A stretch of 63,914 nucleotides of DNA, counting the filler, from Vicugna vicugna (taxonomy: Eukaryota): the NCBI GenBank assembly GCA_013265495.1. It is 75 parts of 71 records of this genome, joined end to end, with 100 filler letters (N's around TTAATTAATTAA, not from the genome) between each part and the next. Parts side by side here need not be neighbours in the genome. Positions count along the whole stretch, not along the records: positions 61,906 to 62,418 come from MU060497.1; positions 62,519 to 62,916 come from MU060498.1; positions 63,017 to 63,375 come from PNXW01014615.1; positions 63,476 to 63,914 come from PNXW01014620.1; 71 more parts are not named here. The stretch is one strand, 5' to 3'. Numbering within the stretch: the stretch's first letter is position 1; each line of letters begins with the position of its first letter. This document shows positions 62,187 through 63,914 of this stretch, one piece after another. The notes under the pieces were generated by a model that was not told where the DNA came from, searched no databases, and was given only the letters and a program-made list of their open reading frames with translations. The position numbers and the translations under genes were made by a program.

Positions 62187-62559
62187 NNNNNNNNNNNNNN
62201 NNNNNNNNNNNNNNNNNNNNNNNNNNNNNNNNNNNNNNNNNNNNNNNNNNNNNNAAAATGTTAAGTCATAGGTGACTTTTTCATTAAAAATTCTAAGAAT
62301 TCTAGGCTGAGTATGTTTCACATTATATTAACAGAGTCCCTAAGGGCAGGGAGTCCAGTGGGTGATGGCGTCCATCCTAAGGGAGCATTTAATACCAACA
62401 CAGAAAGGTCTGGCTGCCNNNNNNNNNNNNNNNNNNNNNNNNNNNNNNNNNNNNNNNNNNNNTTAATTAATTAANNNNNNNNNNNNNNNNNNNNNNNNNN
62501 NNNNNNNNNNNNNNNNNNTGAATGTCTGCCAGAGTTAACAACCATCAGAGCGGCAGCCA

Positions 62560-62725
62560 CTGGCTAATTGCTTATTGTGTGCCAGGCATAGTGTTGGGCA
62601 CTTTATGAGTATTACCTCATTTAATTTTGAACTGCACAGCTCTGTAAGGTAAGCACTATTCTTTTCCCAGTTTGCAGGTGAAGAAACATTGGCTCATCCA
62701 AGTTCAAGTCACTTAGGAAGCAGGT
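62560..62725 (-). mobile_element. MIR SINE fragment
   Basis: GCTTATTGTGTGCCAGGCATAGTGTTGGGCACTTTA...CTCATTTAAT...CCCAGTTTGCAGGTGAAGAAAC. Confidence 0.8.
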
Positions 62726-63016
62726 TTTAAGCAGTCNNNNNNNNNNNNNNNNNNNNNNNNNNNNNNNNNNNNNNNNNNNNNNNNNNNNNNCATTTAGGAG
62801 GTTTTCTTTTTGATCCATCTGAAACTAAATGAGTTATAGACTACCGCCCCCAAATATTGGCAGGACTCACTACTGCAGTCATGTGACCTGCAGAGGCACA
62901 CCCCACCGTCCCGTCGNNNNNNNNNNNNNNNNNNNNNNNNNNNNNNNNNNNNNNNNNNNNTTAATTAATTAANNNNNNNNNNNNNNNNNNNNNNNNNNNN
63001 NNNNNNNNNNNNNNNN

Positions 63017-63375
63017 CCGAATTTAAAATATAGATTACAGAATACTGAATATAGAATATGAGTATAAAATATAGAACCCAGAATTTAGAAAATAGAATAC
63101 ATAATACTGAATATAGGATTTAGAATATACAACGTAGAACCGAGAATATAGAATATAGAGTACGGAATGCAGAATACAGTATACAGAATATAGAAATTAG
63201 AACACAGAATTTAGAATATGGAAAACAGGATATAGAACCCAGAATATAGAATTTAGAATATATAATATATAACACAGAAAATAGAATATAGACTACGGAA
63301 AGGAGAATATAAGAGGTAGAATGATGAATAAAGAACACAACATATAGAATATAGAATAGAGAATATAGAACCCAG
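63017..63375 (-). repeat. Heptamer satellite E
   Basis: AGAATAT units. Confidence 0.95.
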
Positions 63376-63475
63376 NNNNNNNNNNNNNNNNNNNNNNNNN
63401 NNNNNNNNNNNNNNNNNNNTTAATTAATTAANNNNNNNNNNNNNNNNNNNNNNNNNNNNNNNNNNNNNNNNNNNN

Positions 63476-63914
63476 CTTTGAGTCCCCACCTCCAGCACAC
63501 ACAAGAGCTTTTCTGGTATCATGAGTGTGGGGAGGCTCCTGCAACTGACACTAGCACCTGGGATATAATTGGATCCATTAGGTTGACTTCCCTGAGTATT
63601 TTAAATGGCCGGGTTGTGAGCGAAGTTGGGGTTTGTTCTCAAACCCAAGTATTATCAAGGTTCTAACTTTAGGCAGGGGAGGTGGTTAAAGTATATCCCC
63701 AAACAGGGAACACCAGTTGCCCCATAAAGAAAGCGTGGACTCCCCAACCTCCAGCACACACACGGAGACGTACTGAGGTATCATGTTTGTGGGGATGCTC
63801 CTCCAAAAGACAGCAGTACCAGGGATCTAGTGGAATTACTTCGCTTGACTTAATTGAGTGTTCTCTTATGCCGGGCTTTGAGCGAATGTGGGGGTAGGCC
63901 TCTAAAGCCAAGTA
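63476..63914 (-). repeat. Diverged satellite B
   Basis: CCTCCAGCACACAC at ~63489 and ~63748; B motifs. Confidence 0.9.

Noticed and set aside
714..63475. Regularly recurring TTAATTAATTAA with variable 'spacers' (CRISPR-like or PacI array)
   Set aside because: Always embedded in N44 padding, so it is an assembly linker; the DNA is mammalian and has no cas genes

Overview
This is not a contiguous locus. It is about 75 short unplaced mammalian scaffolds (0.1-2.1 kb) joined by an artificial 100-bp linker, N44-TTAATTAATTAA-N44 (74 counted), so adjacency across linkers means nothing. There is no intact gene; most ORF-track entries are artefacts of N runs or satellites. The content is mainly heterochromatic repeat, in five families (my labels): A, a homogeneous 267-bp satellite; B, a diverged ~266-268-bp relative with higher-order structure; C, a ~249-bp satellite; D, a diverged ~246-bp multimer; E, a heptamer (NNTTCTR/AGAATAT) satellite with a 63-bp sub-period. 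Also present are L1, L2 and MIR fragments, an ERV 5' LTR with a perfect tRNA-Thr(UGU) primer-binding site, and a decayed ANO6-like exon. Cetartiodactyl-type L1 3' ends and no obvious ruminant or pig SINEs suggest a camelid (inference). Best leads: (1) A, B, C and D appear colinear, i.e. derived from one ancestral monomer; (2) the 267-bp monomer is exactly 89 codons with one frame open across monomers in the main subfamily; (3) the Thr-primed ERV; (4) paralogous non-satellite blocks, implying amplified complex units. All alignments were done by eye; I cannot claim a new biological system.
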